The notes: a model not told the origin generated them from the letters alone. Positions 1-13,666 are shown, numbered from the stretch's first letter. The stretch: 64,000 nt of DNA from Eledone cirrhosa (GCA_964016885.1 OZ024741.1:59396001-59460000), one strand, 5' to 3'. Numbers and translations: made by a program.

Positions 1-27
1 TGAATCAATGGGTCACGGGTGGTCTAG

Positions 28-70
<43 letters not shown>

Positions 71-228
71 ATATATTATATATATATATATATTATATAT
101 ATATATATTATATATATATATATTATATATATATATATTATATGTATATACTATATATATATATTATATATTATATATATTATATTATATATTATATATA
201 TTATATGTATATACTATATATATATATA

Positions 229-557
229 TGAAGACAAACATAGAATATTCGAAAATATTCTGTATGTTTATAATAAACATTTTGAAGACCCAATCGCTAT
301 AGAATAGAATACGTCACGTATTACAATTTGAGATTCTCGATAAAAGCATTGGATATGTAATCCTGATGATTTCTAATAAGAATGAAACGCGTAGATTACT
401 TCCCTTGCTTTTATCGAGAATCTCAAATTGTAATACGTGACGTATTCTATTCTATAGCGATTGGGTCTTCAAAATGTTTATTATAAACATACAGAATATT
501 TTCGAATATTCTGTTTGTCTTCACATATATATCGCTATTTCAGAGCATTAAATCCAA
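229..557 (+). mobile_element. Non-coding fold-back element (arms ~229-348 / 406-523) with an HHR in the loop; probable non-autonomous PLE derivative
   Basis: Near-perfect ~120-bp inverted repeat, flanked by (TA)n on both sides. Confidence 0.7.
357..399 (+). ncRNA. Minimal type I hammerhead ribozyme
   Basis: Helix I GTAATC/GATTAC, core CTGATGA, helix II T-TTC-taataa-GAA-T, then GAAAC-GC-GTA (palindromic ACGCGT helix III, GUA site). Confidence 0.8.
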
Positions 558-682
558 ATATATATATATATTATATATATTATATGTATATACTATATAT
601 ATATATATATATATTATATATATTATATGTATATACTATATATATATATATATTATATATTATATATATTATATGTATATAC

Positions 683-714
<32 letters not shown>

Positions 715-906
715 TATATATATTATATGTATATACTATATATATATATATATATTATATATATTATATGGATATACTATATATATATATATATATATAT
801 TATATATTATATATATTATATGTATATACTATATATATATATATATATATTATATATTATATATATTATATGTATATACTATATATTATATATATCATAT
901 ATATAT

Positions 907-1692
907 AGATGCCCTATTCTTAGTGAGACAACTACAAGAGAGGTTCTTGGAGAAGAATAAGCCACTATAATTAGCTTTTGTTGACCTAGAGAAGGCCTTT
1001 GATAGGGTTCCCTGACCTGTCATCTGGTGGTCCCTAAAGAAACTAGGTGTAGAGGAATGGCTTGTTAGGACAGTGCAAGCTATGTATAGGGGTGCTGTCA
1101 GTAAAGTGAGAATAAGAATGGAGTTTAGTGAGGAATTCCAGATGCAAGTAGGAGTAAATCAGGGTTCGGTTCTCAGCCCTCTCTTGTTCATTATAGTCCT
1201 CCAAGCCATAACAGAGGAGTTTAAGACTAGCTGCCCATGGGAACTTCTCTATGCTGATGATCTGGTACTTATAACAGAATCAGTAGAGGAGTGAGAGAAT
1301 AAATTATGGCTATAGAAACAGCAGTTGGAATCAAGAGGACTGAGAGTGAACATAGCTAAGACAAAAGTGTTGCTAAGTAGAAAAGAGTACAAAACTCTGA
1401 TTCCATCAGGGAAATGGCCATATTTGATATGTAGAAAAGGAGTTGGCATAAATTCTATAAAATGTACACAATGCAGATCTTTGGTACACAAGAAATGTAG
1501 TGGGATAGCAGGCAAAATAGGTAGGGAAAATTACCTGTTAGTGGGCGAGGGTAGTGAGAGCCGATCTCAGATCGCTGAAGCTCACGGAGGAGATGACGAA
1601 GGACCGTGACAAGTGGAGAGATGCTGTGCTGAATACGACCTGTCCCACGCTTGCAAGCAGGGAAAAGCAGACGTAAACTGATGATGATGATG
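907..1692 (+). mobile_element. RTE-type LINE, family A; 5'-truncated, internally deleted and decayed
   Basis: Motifs DALFLVRQLQE, QGSVLSPLLF and LYADDL. The sequence jumps near 1535 to the 3' end shared with 48228-49512, then a (GAT)n tail. Confidence 0.9.
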
Positions 1693-1720
1693 ATATATAT
1701 ATATATATATATATATATAT

Positions 1721-2796
1721 CATCATCATCATCATCATCAACGTTTAACGTCCGTGTTCCACGCTTGCATGGGTTTGGACGGGGGTAGTCCCACTTGAGG
1801 CAAGAGTGATTGTCTTGCTCGCATAGGACTGTCTGGCAGGTTTTCTACAGTTGGATGCCCTTCCTAACACCAACCACATTTACAGTGTGGGTCTGGGAGG
1901 TTTTTACCGTGTTGCCTACACGGCCACATTACAGCGTGGACTGTGTGTTTTTTTGTCGTGACACCTACACGATCTCATTTGTTTCGGCCTCGATGGCGCG
2001 GCACCAACATAACTTTACATAGAACGGGGTGGTGTGGATGGGGTGGGGGTGGGGGTGGTGGGGCGGGGTGTATTTTGTTAGAGATGCCTACTGGCTGGAG
2101 TAGGTTTTACTATATATTTAGGTAAGGCGGGTCTTCTCTGTTACTGAGTACCGCCAAAGGTCTCGGTCCAGTGACATTGTCTTGGAGAGGTGTAAGTGTG
2201 TGATGTCGGAGTTTATCAGCTCGTCCCAGGTTTTTCTAGGTCTGCCTATTCCGTGACTACCGTCTATCTTTATTGCCCTGCACTTTGTTATACAGCTATC
2301 GACTTTCATGCGCATCACGTGTCCATACCAACGTAGCCTTCTCTCGAGTAAACAACATCTGATCCCTCTTATCTCTAATTTTTTCCTTAGTTCGTTTATG
2401 CTTTGCTGTTCACGTATATTACTGTTACACATCCAGCGGAGCATGCAAGCTTCGTTCCTCTCTAGTCTGCGTATATCCTCTGCACACAATGCCCAGGTCT
2501 CACTGCCATGCAGCATTGCTGTTCGTATGCAGGCATCGTACAACCTGCCTTTCATTTTTAGGGAGAACCCTTTAGCAGCTAATAGTGGTATAAGCTCTCT
2601 GAACTTTTTCCAACCAGTTCTGACTCTAGCTACAGTACTTTCAGAGCACCCTCCCCCACTGCTGATTTTATCGCCCAGGTAACGGAAGCTGTCCACTATT
2701 TCTATAGAACCCTCTGCGCAATTGAAAGAGCTAGTATTTTGTGGGCACTTGCTGCTACTTATTGCACCAGAACACCGGCCACATGTAAAATCTATG
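1721..2796 (-). mobile_element. RTE-type LINE, family B; 3' fragment with 3' UTR and (GAT)n tail
   Basis: ORF 2118-2849 has FRYLG, HGSETW, RRLRWYGHVMRM and GRPRKTW. Confidence 0.92.
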
Positions 2797-2848
<52 letters not shown>

Positions 2849-2976
2849 TATATTATATATATATATTATATATATATAATATATATATATTATATATATA
2901 TATATTATATGTATATATTATATGCATATATCATATGTATATAGTATATATATATATTGTATATATATATATATTG

Positions 2977-3015
<39 letters not shown>

Positions 3016-3420
3016 TGGGAACAATGTTGTATAAAATAATGATGTTTAAGATAAATATAAACACTCCAACCCTTTCGTTATCATACTTCAAATGAAAGAC
3101 ACTGCCTATGTTTTTCAAATTAGTCCAAACTAATGAGGTTGTGTAGGTGTCACGAGAAAAAAAAACACAGTCCACGCTGTAATGTGGCCATGTGGGAGAC
3201 ATGGTAAAAAGGCTCCCAGTCCAGACTGTAAATGTCGTTGGTGTTAGGAAGGGCATCCAGCCGTAGAAAACCTGCCAGATAGTCCTATACGAGCGAGACA
3301 CGGTCATCCAACCAATCTTGTCTTAAGTGAGACAATTCCTGTCTAACCCATGCTAGCGTGGAAGATAGACATTAAATGATGATGATGATGATGATGATAT
3401 ATATGTTTATATATATATAT

Positions 3421-3467
<47 letters not shown>

Positions 3468-4361
3468 GTGGCGTTTTTAGTTGTGGATGAAAGATATTCC
3501 AGTTAAAAGTGCCTTATGAGTGAAATTAAGTAGACAGAAACTGTTTGGAATCCTGCCAGAAGGATTGTATCTACAATTCAAAATGCCAGCCTTGTAATGC
3601 CATACTGTGTCACATTGAATCTCCCCAGGAATTATATTAAGGGTACACATGTCTATGAAATGCTCACCTACTTTCATAGTAACTCAATGAGAAAGATGTT
3701 CTGTTGTTCCATTCCATTCTATGAAGTAATTCTATCAACCAACTTAGATGCTAATCACACTCATTGCCAGAGGTTTCATTTCCTAATGCTCATCTTCTTC
3801 ATCAACTGAAATATCTCTCTCTCTCACCTTATTTATGCATGCACAATCTTCAAATGCGCTCAACCATGTGTTTTCCTTCACGCATACATGCATATACATA
3901 TTTCAACCTCAAACATTTGCATGCAGTGCGTGCACATGTGTATATATATTTATATATACATATACACATATGCACATATACATATATGTGTGTGTGTGTA
4001 TATATATATATACACACATACATCCACACATATAGATGATGATAATGATGATGATATATATATATATATATATAGGAACATGTTCATGACACAGAATGAC
4101 ATATGCATGCCAAAGCATTAAACTATATTATTTTTTTCATCTTCTTCCCCAGCAACAGGAAGTATCAAACTAGCAGGAAATACAAGAAAATATTCCATAA
4201 AAAGACAATTTACTGAGACAGATTCTATGTGAAATCTATAAATATATTACCTGAGGGGACATAATGCTTGCAATATAGTGTAATAATGTGAAGATTGCTT
4301 AAATACTGTTGAATATTGTATGTATATATATATATAAGGAGTAAATCATTGGAAAATATAG

Positions 4362-4364
<3 letters not shown>

Positions 4365-4434
<70 letters not shown>
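4365..4434. repeat. (GA)n microsatellite
   Basis: Directly visible. Confidence 0.95.
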
Positions 4435-4438
<4 letters not shown>

Positions 4439-6782
4439 AGTGTTTGCTTAAGATAGACAATGTTAGAAAGAAAAAGTGAGAGAGAGAGAGGTGTACAGCC
4501 AAACACCACACATTTGTATAAGTAGAGAACAGCTTTTAAACATGTTATATTTAAAACATGACTGTGTTCCAGTTTGATCGTTTTATTAAGAATTTATAAT
4601 TGGTCACCTGCTCTCTGTGGTCATAAAGTTTCATGAGAATGGTAGAAAATAGTGGACACCTAATTCAAAATTTCCCAAAGGTTGAAAAATGGCAGTTATT
4701 ATAATTGGTTTCACATATTCTGTATCTGAGTGTAAGTTTTAGTTTATATATTGTTATTAGTAAAGCTTCCATAGTTACTTGCCTTGTTTTGTGTGGTGTT
4801 CTATATAGAATTGTAGAGTTGTCAACTAATAGAGCTTTATATAATGTAGTTATACAGAACATGAAGCAAAATTGCACACAGTAAGTGCACAAGAACAACA
4901 GATGGCTTATAACAAATGATATTAATTGGTTCATTTTCTTCTTCACGTGCATGTGGCATTGAAATCTGAATGTTAAGTGTTGAAACAAATATTCCCAACC
5001 TTTTAATCTGACACTAATGACTCAACCAGGCAAATTAACTAATTTACAGTGGTGTTTGTAAAGTTATATTATAGATATCAAAGACTAATTTCAATAAAGT
5101 CTGTATGTGCTCAATCTTTTACTATGCATTTGCTTAACCTTTTCGTTACAATATTTCTAATTAAATATGCTGCCTATATTGTAGAGGAATTTAGAAAATA
5201 ATTTTTTCATTAGTAAGCTCATACTTGATAAAACTTTCTTAAGTAAAATTATGATATAAGTATCAATATTTTAAAATGGAAAGTTCTGTATCATAAAACG
5301 ATGTGGCTTCGATGTAGGTTGATATCAAAATAATTGAAGTAAATCGGAGCATATGAGATTTGCTTTTTAAGATGTATGAAATAAGTTTGAAACACTAAAT
5401 ATTCTATAATATTTTTTACCTCAAATTTCTATTAGATGATTGCTAAACAGTAACTTAATGTATCAGATTTGATATAATTTATTTACATATTTTCAGGGGG
5501 TTTACTCATAATTTGTCTTTTACTATTTCTATTGGATACTTCCAGAACTACAATAATTTTTTAATATAAAACCGATATGTCCTTGTTATAGTATTCTTTC
5601 TTTTAATTATTTTATTAGGTATTTCTTAAAGAATAAACCTAGAGTACTTGGTCTGATATTCAAAATTATAATGGAAATGTGTTAGTGTTGGTATTACAAT
5701 AAAATGCATCCAATGCACTGTGCCGAGGCCACAAAAAGTGCATCCAGCACACTTTATAAGGTGGTTGGTGCTAGAAAGTGCATCAAGCTGTAGAAACTGT
5801 CAAATATGAATTGTCACTCCAACCTGTCCAACAAGGAAAGAGGTCATAAAATGATGATAGGGTTGATCTGGGACTCACTTAGAGAGAACATACTTTCTTA
5901 AGCTACATATTTGTTCAAGAATTGTGATGTTTGGATAATGTTTTTCTCTTATGGTAAATCTATGAGTTATTGAATGGCTTCTTTCATTAAAGATAAAATC
6001 ATTTGAAGTGCCAAAGTTTTTGTGGCTCTCTGCTCTCTAAGGCTGGAAGGTAAATTTGAAATATTCTATAACTTACACCCTCTCATAGTTTTTAATGCTT
6101 TATGCCAAGTAATGTTGGAGTCAGCTACACCTTTCATGCCTCTGGAGTTTATAAATAATAGAATTATTTTGGAATTTATCCAATTGGTTATACCTTTACA
6201 TTGAATCATATCTAAAATGTACCGGGTATTTAAAGCATAATAAGTATAGGAAAATTCACAACTACTTGTAATAGAAGCAATAAATATTTGATCAACCAAT
6301 TCCACCATCTAGCTTTGATTCTCTGCTGGAAACAATTCACTTACATAAGAATACCCTACACTTAAGAATACCCTTCACCTTTCATATTTTCTCATCCATA
6401 TAAATTTCACGTTTATACAATCATTGATCATATGTAGAAACATTTCCAATGTAATATTTTCTAGATAAAGAAAAGATGCTGTGTTTATCTACACTAGAGA
6501 AAGAAATCCACAGAATAGAAGAAACACTAGATGTGTTACAACGCAGATGTGTTACAAACCAATAGACCAAGCTATAGAAAAATATAGGAAAAAGTACACT
6601 ATAACAAATACATCAGACACCACAGCTATTAAAACACAAACCACTCATAAACTATATTATATGAATGAATCAAATGCCTACTAACTTCAGAATAGATAAA
6701 CACATTACCAGAAACCTAGGGAATCAAGGCAAAAATCCATTACATTAAACCATAAATCAACTCCAATTATTATTATTCATTA

Positions 6783-6967
6783 TTGGCAGTATCAGTAGAG
6801 GGTCGGACGCTATGCTTTCCAGCATAGTTACATCCCTTTACGATCTGAGTTCAAATCTCGCCGAGGTTGACTTTGTCTTTCATCCTTACGGGGTCGATAA
6901 AATAAAGTACCAGTAATGAACTGGGTAATTGCTGGCCTTGTGCCTAAAGTAGAAACAATTATTACAA
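6783..6967 (+). mobile_element. tRNA-derived SINE with Meta-like central domain (family M)
   Basis: B-box-like GAGTTCAAATC, central CTTTCATCCTTACGGGGTCGATAAAATAAAGTACCAG, and an ATT-type tail. About 10 copies occur in the window. Confidence 0.8.
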
Positions 6968-7079
6968 TTAGTCTTATTTCTATTGTGTTGTCACTGCTTT
7001 ACTGAGCACAGTTCTGAGCACCTTTTGATATATTTATTTTGATGGTGCTGTTTCTATTGTAATATGTGTGCAATGCCAG

Positions 7080-7540
7080 GTAGTGCTATTTTCTATATAC
7101 TATATACATTTGTAAGTCTTAGTTCTTGGGTTAGGTATCTATCTATGCATTTTTTTTTTATCATTCTCAGAACACCTATAATAATTATTATAGGTATTGT
7201 TTCTGTTTTCATCATCCGCATTCAGGTTATTTCTGTCCCCAGATAATATTTGGATAATTTTTCCATTTCATGGTGATTGATATGTCAATTAGAAGGCATT
7301 TTTTCTCTTTGTTGTCTTTGACTGTAATATCTGCTCAGTTGTCTTTGATCTTTCTGTCTGCGTATATTGATATGTCCCAAAGTATGATTGCTTTGTCATT
7401 CTCTGACACTTTTTCTGGTGTATGCCTGCACCACATCTTTTCTATTTGGTATTTCATAGCATTGAGTGTATGTAAATCCCAGCTCTATCGTGTCTATGGA
7501 TATATTCCTTTTCAGCTAAGACAGGGTAGCCAAAAATAAT
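7080..7540 (-). mobile_element. Decayed R4/Dong-like non-LTR element (restriction-like endonuclease region)
   Basis: Minus-strand translation gives HRHDR...TPEKVSENDKAIILWDISIYADRKIK...DITVKDNKEKKCLLIDISI. Confidence 0.65.
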
Positions 7541-7759
7541 GTAGTTATTATTATTACTATTTGAAACTTCCTTCATATTCTGCTTCTATCCCAAACCATG
7601 CTGAATGTCAACATGACACCTGAGGCACAATTTGATAATACACATATTTTACAATCAAGTGTCATACAAATGATGCCACAAGGGCACAAACAACAGTAAA
7701 TGTCTTAGCAAGGTTTTTAAATTGATAATGCCCTTATCAGGACATGGACAGTGACAGTC

Positions 7760-8965
7760 AGCACTAGTTTCTGTATCTCTTGAACAGATGGCTTTCCAGG
7801 TATCCAGTCCAAATATTTTTCAGTTCCCTTTTTTATCATTCCAAGTGTGCCGACTATCACTGGTATGGTACAGGCTTTAAGATACCACATTTTCTCAATT
7901 TCAACTGTTAGATATTTATACTTACTGAGCTTTCTGAACTCTTCCTAGATGTTATGATCTGTTAGAATGCTCATGTCAATTAAGAAACATGCTTTCTCTT
8001 TATGGTCATTGATAATTATATAAGCTCTATTGGCCTTGATTGTTCTGTCAGTATTCACAGAAATTCCAGAGGATTGTGATGTTCTGACCTTCTGACACTG
8101 CATCTGGGTGATGGTTGTACCATTTTCTCTCCATTTTCAGACCATAAAACTTGCACATTACCCAGTGTAAGTATTGCCCCACTCTATCATGCCTTGTTTT
8201 ATATTCCTGGGTCAATCATTTCAACATGGTCATCACAGAATCGATACTTTGGGTCAATTCCATCCTGATCAAGTTGGCTTGAATGCTGTGGGTTGGAAGA
8301 CACTGATCTTGTGCAGCAAAAATGAAGCACTCACCCACTGCCTTTAGCCCAGAACTTCACAGCCACTGATGAATGAGAGTTTGATCTACATCAGGTTCTT
8401 TGCTATGGAGAACATATTGTCATGCAGTGATTATTGCTCCCATTTAGTGTACTGTCTCTGTTGGCATTCATGTTTTGCCAACCCTTTGATATTCTTTGAG
8501 GTCTTAATTGCAGAATTGTCATCATTTTCAAACTGTATGCCCTGTTCTTCTGCAAAATTCATACTTGCCTTTGTGACTGAATCTAACCTCTTCTTTCTTT
8601 CATGATATGTGGTCATTTTTATCATCCAGTCATCTGTGGTTTTAAGGTAATTGAATCCAATGGTTGATATCCTGTATGAAAGCTCAAGCTGCATCATTCC
8701 TCAACCTCTATTTTGTCAAGAAAGTTAGAGGTTATCCACATCTGTTTTGGTGTCCATTCTCTTAATTTCGTTAACATTCCAATTTACAATGTTGAAACTG
8801 TAAGTGACAACTGGGATTGCAAGTGCATTTATGGCAGATAATTTATTTCTTGAGTTAAGCTCAATTTTCATGACAGCACATACTCTCTTGGTAGCATTCC
8901 TTCCTGGTTCTCTCTTTCATGCTGACATTGTAAATATCTTGGCCTTCATTGATCCCTAGATATCA
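7760..8965 (-). mobile_element. Decayed R4/Dong-like non-LTR element (thumb to endonuclease region)
   Basis: Minus strand gives ELNSRNKLSAINALAIPVVTYSFNIVNW...IKRMDTKT, ORF 8431-8697, FIFAAQDQ and RHDRVGQYLHW. Confidence 0.7.
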
Positions 8966-8983
8966 GTAGGCTTATTATTATTT

Positions 8984-9200
8984 GGCAGTGGATTGGCAGT
9001 ATCAGTAGAGTATCGAACACCCTGCTTCGTGGCATAGAGTTACAGCCCTTTATATTCTGAGTTCAAATCCTGCCAAAGTTAGATTTGCCTTTCGTCCTTA
9101 TGGGGTCGATAAAATAAAGTACCAGCACTGGGTCAATTTAATCAACTTTCCCCCTCCCCTTCAAATCGCTGACCTTGTGCCTAAATCAGAAATCATTATT
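8984..9200 (+). mobile_element. SINE family M, longer-tail variant
   Basis: Same head and central domain as 6783-6967. Confidence 0.75.
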
Positions 9201-9214
9201 ATAAATGGTTTGCA

Positions 9215-9680
9215 CAGTAAATATGATAAATACTGGATCTTCTACTTCTTGTTGAACCTCGACAAGTACCTTAGACAGACTACTTTCCTAGTTATGTATA
9301 CTGCCTAACAAGGCAGTCTTTTGGGGAAGAGCAATTTGTGATTTGAGGTCTATTTGCTCTCAATGTTAGTGTTGTCAAACACAATATTCTGATGACAACA
9401 GTAATTATCTTAATGTTGTTAGGTGGTATTGACCACATTCATGCAATTTTGATCTTCAAGTCAGTATATGTTGTTATTTTCTCAATTTCTTTCAAGAACT
9501 CGTTGTAGTCTTCTAGGATGATAACATCTATAATCTAATATTCATGCCTATTTCAGAGCATAACTATCATGTCAGGTCTGTTGTGTTCAAGATTGTGGTC
9601 CACTGACAATGAGGTTCTTGTCATTGTTAGTGGCATACCTTATTAACATATCAGGTGATGCCCACAAGGGTGTTCAGTTA
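9215..9680 (-). mobile_element. Decayed R4/Dong-like endonuclease remnant
   Basis: Minus-strand HNRPDMIV and EKITTYTDLKIKIA-like segments. Confidence 0.5.
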
Positions 9681-9847
9681 TTCTACTATCTAAACAGCAA
9701 TGTTCTTATTGTCTTGACTTGCCTCAAACATTTTTAGAGGGAAACTCCAACAGCCCTTGTTGTGGCCTGTGTTTAAATGAACATGTCTTTTCCCAATTTC
9801 TATTTTGAGGATATTGGGTGTCTCTTGATTCTTTTATATAAATTGTG

Positions 9848-10228
9848 ATGGCTTAGTGATTAGGGCATTGGGCTTGCAATCGAAAGGTTGTGAGTTCAAT
9901 TCTCAGACCGGGCGATGTGTTGTTTCCTTGAGCAAGACACTTTATTTCACATTGCTCCAGTTTACTCAGCTGCAGAAATGAGATGATAGGACTGGAGTCC
10001 CTATCATTCCACTGCAAAGTGGTCGTGGAGGTGCCATGGCAAAAAGGCACCCAGCACTCACTGTAAATGAGGTTGGTGTTAGGAAGGGCATCCAGCTGTA
10101 GAAATCAAGCCACAATCAGTTCCTGTATGAGCAAGACAAGGTCAGCTGACCGGACACTGCCCACAACAGGACAACGCATCTAACCCATGCTAGCGTAGAA
10201 GAACGGACGTAAAACGGTGATGATGGTG
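9848..10228 (+). mobile_element. tRNA-derived CORE-like SINE (family C) with an RTE family-C 3' tail
   Basis: A box TGGCTTAGTG, B box GAGTTCAATTC, central CCTTGAGCAAGACACTT. The 3' part matches 39542-39810. Confidence 0.85.
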
Positions 10229-10472
10229 AAATTGTATTTATTTGTATGTATTCTATTAAAATAAACTAATGCAGGCTTTTTGTTACAAACAAAAAAAAAA
10301 TTCATAACAAAAGCAATACTCTTAGCACAGTACAATGATAATAAAACAAACAAATACAAGACAATACCAAATAAAACTAGATAGGAACAGACAACATACA
10401 TCAGTCACTAACAAAAATAAACACTTCACTGATGATGTATTAATCTAATGCTCCAAATTCAAATTCTTGCAA

Positions 10473-10663
10473 TAATTGTTTCTACTTTTTGCACAAGGCC
10501 AGCAATTATCCCAGTACATTACTGGTACTTTATTTTATCGACCCCGTAAGGATAAAAGGCAAAGTTAACCTCGGCTGATTCAATCTCAGATCATAAAGGG
10601 CCGTAACTCTATGCTGAAAAGCATAACGTCTGACCCTCGACCGATACTGCCAATCCACCGCCC
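10473..10663 (-). mobile_element. SINE family M with target-site duplication
   Basis: ATTCTTGCAATAAT is duplicated at ~10463 and ~10665. Confidence 0.85.
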
Positions 10664-10799
10664 TATTCTTGCAATAATGCCTACACTAATCCCATTGACA
10701 TTACATTCTATAATGAGGCAGCAGCACACACCAACATAACTACTTTCTGAGGATGAGACTATGAAGGTCTAGCAATCTTGATGATGGACATAGGAACTT

Positions 10800-11004
10800 T
10801 ATGAGGGTCAGCTGAAAAGTTCATAGGCTGTCCAAGATATTCTCATAAGGGTTGACCAAATGAGGTTTATTTTTCAACATCGTTCCTAGAAAAAAAACAG
10901 TGCAGTTATTGAAAAGAAGAGTTGAAATTAATGCATGAAAGATTTCACAGCTCTAGCATTAATCCTTCAAAGTCAGCCTATGAGGTTTTCAGCCAACCCT
11001 CGTA
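10800..11004. mobile_element. Mariner-derived MITE (~205 bp)
   Basis: Imperfect ~30-bp TIRs TATGAGGGTCAGCTGAAAAGTTCATAGGCTG / CAGCCTATGAGGTTTTCAGCCAACCCTCGTA with TA ends. Confidence 0.75.
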
Positions 11005-12130
11005 TCTTTCAAAGTTATTTGCAAGAAACTCATATGAATATACAAACACAATTTGTTAAAATACATAAAAATAAGACCCAGTCATATGTGTGTGTGTCTT
11101 GCTCAAGGACACAATGCGCCACCTGGAATTGAAATCATGACTTTTATTATTGTGAACTGAACACTCTAACCACCAAGCCATGCATCATGATATCATGACA
11201 TCAACCTCTTTAGTGCTGGTGCCAGAAAAAGTGTACATAGTACACCAGTAAGGTGGCTGGTGATAGGAAGGACATCCAACAATTGAAACCATGCAAAAAA
11301 AAAAGGGTCAAGAGGACTCTGTAGTTGCATCAAGGGTACAACCTCTCTAATGTGAGTGACATGATAAAATACAGCCTTTATTCTCTATAAAGTGGTTGCT
11401 GAGAGGAAGTGCATCTAGTCATAAAACAAAATGTTAGATAAAGGGTAGAAAGGATTTTTTCAGCTACGTCAATGATGAAATGGCAACTTCTCTAGTGTTG
11501 GTGACATAATAAATGCACAGTACACTCTATAACGGGCAGGAACATATGTAAGCAGCCCATCTGGGAGATCAGTGGTTCTAATTAAGTATTGACTTGATCT
11601 GTGATGACCTGTCCAACTCTTACTTGTAGGAAAAAAATGGCCGTTGATGATGATGATAATATACCATTCTCAATTTACAACCACTTAGCTAATGTTCAGA
11701 AAAATCAACATTAACGATGTTTGCTCTAACAAATGAAGAGTTCAATGACCATCTTGAAGACTACAAGAGATAGCATTGATTCTTCTATTAAGAAATAACA
11801 TAGCCATAACTAGGAGACACCAGTTAAACTGTAGGTTGAATCTGGATGAGTAATCTCTGTGCATTAACAGACAGTATTAGGTTCCATATAATAGTAAGAA
11901 AAATCCCGTCTCTCGTAATATCATAGTTATTATCTTTAATATTATGATTACATAGCGTGATAGAACTTATAATTAAATCATTCTGAATTCAATTTATGTG
12001 CAAATATTCAATGTTTAATTATTGTTTTCCCTATATAAATATATTCATTATTATCAAGAAAGCAATTAATATTCTATTAAGTTTGGCGTTATAGTGTCAT
12101 TTAGATTCCAATTGAATCAGCAATGTACAA

Positions 12131-12173
<43 letters not shown>

Positions 12174-12306
12174 GGTGTGGGTGTGGGTGTGTGTATGATA
12201 TATGTATATATATATGTATGTATTTATATAGATGTATCTATGTATATTTACTTATGTATGTATGTGTACATATGTATATATATATATGTGTGTATATATA
12301 TGTATA

Positions 12307-12532
12307 TGGAGGCACATGGCTTAGTGGTTAGAGCATTGGCCTTGCAATCGAAAGGTTGTGAGTTCAATTCTCAGACCGGGCGATGTGTTGTTTCCTTGAG
12401 CAAGGCACTTTATTTCACATTGCTCCAGTTTACTCAGCTGTAGAAATGAGATGATAGGGACTGGGGTCCCTATCATTCCACTGCAAAGTGGTCGTGGAGG
12501 TGTCACGGCAAAAAAGCACCCAGCACTCACTG
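12307..12532 (+). mobile_element. SINE family C, 3'-truncated
   Basis: GGAGGCACATGGCTTAGTGG head plus CORE-like domain. Confidence 0.85.
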
Positions 12533-12647
12533 CACTTTTTTATATAGCTGTCATCCTTCATATGCATCACATCTCCATACCAACGCATCTCCTCTCCAGA
12601 ACACAACATTTGATAACTCTTATGCTTAATCTCCCTATATATATATT

Positions 12648-12946
12648 TATCATCATTTTACGTCCGCTTTTCCCTGCCTGCAAGGGTGGGACAGGAACTG
12701 ATTCTGGCTTGATTTCTACAGCTGGATGCTCTTCCTAACACCAACCTCATTTACAGTGAGAGCTGGGTGCTTTTTTTTTTGTCATGGCACCTCCACGACC
12801 ACTTTGCAGTGGAATGATAGGGACCCCAGTCTTATCATCATCTCATTTCTGCAGCTGAGTAAACTGGAGCAATGTGAAATAAAGTGTCTTGCTCAAGGAA
12901 ACAACACATCACTTTGAGCAAGACACTTTATTTCACATTGCTCCAC
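12648..12946 (-). mobile_element. SINE family C with RTE-A tail; 5'-truncated with a terminal fold-back
   Basis: Arms TGGAGCAATGTGAAATAAAGTGTCTTGCTCAA / TTGAGCAAGACACTTTATTTCACATTGCTCCA. Confidence 0.8.
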
Positions 12947-12989
12947 TTATATATATATACAATGCATTTGTGAGTTTTATATCGAATAA

Positions 12990-13178
12990 TAATTGTTTCT
13001 ACTTTTGGCACAAGGCCAGCAATTACCCAGTACATTACTGGTACTTTATTTTATCGACCCCATAAGGATGAAAGGCAAAGTTAACCATGACGGGATTTGA
13101 ACTCAGACCGTAAAGGGACGTAACTATGCTAGAAAGCATGGCGTCTAACCCTCTACCGATACTACCAATTCATCGCCT
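12990..13178 (-). mobile_element. SINE family M with TSD TTATATCGAATAATAAT
   Basis: Family motifs plus a flanking direct repeat. Confidence 0.85.
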
Positions 13179-13189
13179 TATATCGAATA

Positions 13190-13490
13190 ATAATAATATT
13201 CAATTTGTTTGCAAGCAAACAGCCTCATTACACTATGTGTTTTGAACAACCATTGATATTCTTTGTTCTAGTGGTGACAGAGAGAAACAATCAACCCTAA
13301 TATTGCTTTGTTTGTTTCTGGGTTATTTCCCTTTGTCAAGATTGTGTATCTCTCTTCTCTACACAATCTTGACAATATTATTGTTGATTGTTTCTCTCTG
13401 TCACTGCTAGAACAAAAGAAAGATGATGGTCATCTTAAACATGTAGTGTAATGAGGCTGTTTTCTTGGAATCAAATCGAATATTATTATC
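13190..13490. repeat. Old diverged inverted repeat (~125-bp arms) with an inner hairpin; MITE-like
   Basis: Paired segments such as ACAGCCTCATTACACTA / TAGTGTAATGAGGCTGT and GTGACAGAGAGAAACAATCAAC / GTTGATTGTTTCTCTCTGTCAC. Confidence 0.7.
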
Positions 13491-13498
13491 TATAATAA

Positions 13499-13666
13499 TT
13501 GGTGGATTGGCAGTATCGGTAGAGAGTCGGACGCCATGCTTTCCAGCATAGTTACGTCCCTTTACGATCTGAGTTCAAATCCTGCCGAGGTTAACTTTGC
13601 CTTTCATCCTTACAGGGTTGATAAAATAAAGTACCAGTAATGTACTGGGTAATTGCTGGCCTTGTG
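13499..13666 (+). mobile_element. SINE family M, joined directly to an RTE-B 3' UTR
   Basis: Family motifs. Confidence 0.8.

Larger units (their letters stand above)
28..906. repeat. (TA)n microsatellite with higher-order TATTATATGTATATACTA variant units, interrupted by a fold-back element
   Basis: Directly visible. The YIYI ORFs here are artefacts. Confidence 0.95.

Noticed and set aside
8-970. Long Tyr/Ile-rich ORFs (also 61079-61867) and poly-K/KR ORFs at 35758-36017
   Set aside because: They are translations of (TA)n and (TTTTTC)n microsatellites.
2308-2682. Recurrent antisense ORFs over RTE copies
   Set aside because: They are shadow frames of the RT coding strand, with no independent motifs.
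5134-5335. Possible TTAA piggyBac-like MITE
   Set aside because: The right terminal repeat is too degenerate to confirm.
12307-12380. tRNA genes suggested by A/B boxes
   Set aside because: They continue into SINE bodies and tails, so they are SINE heads.
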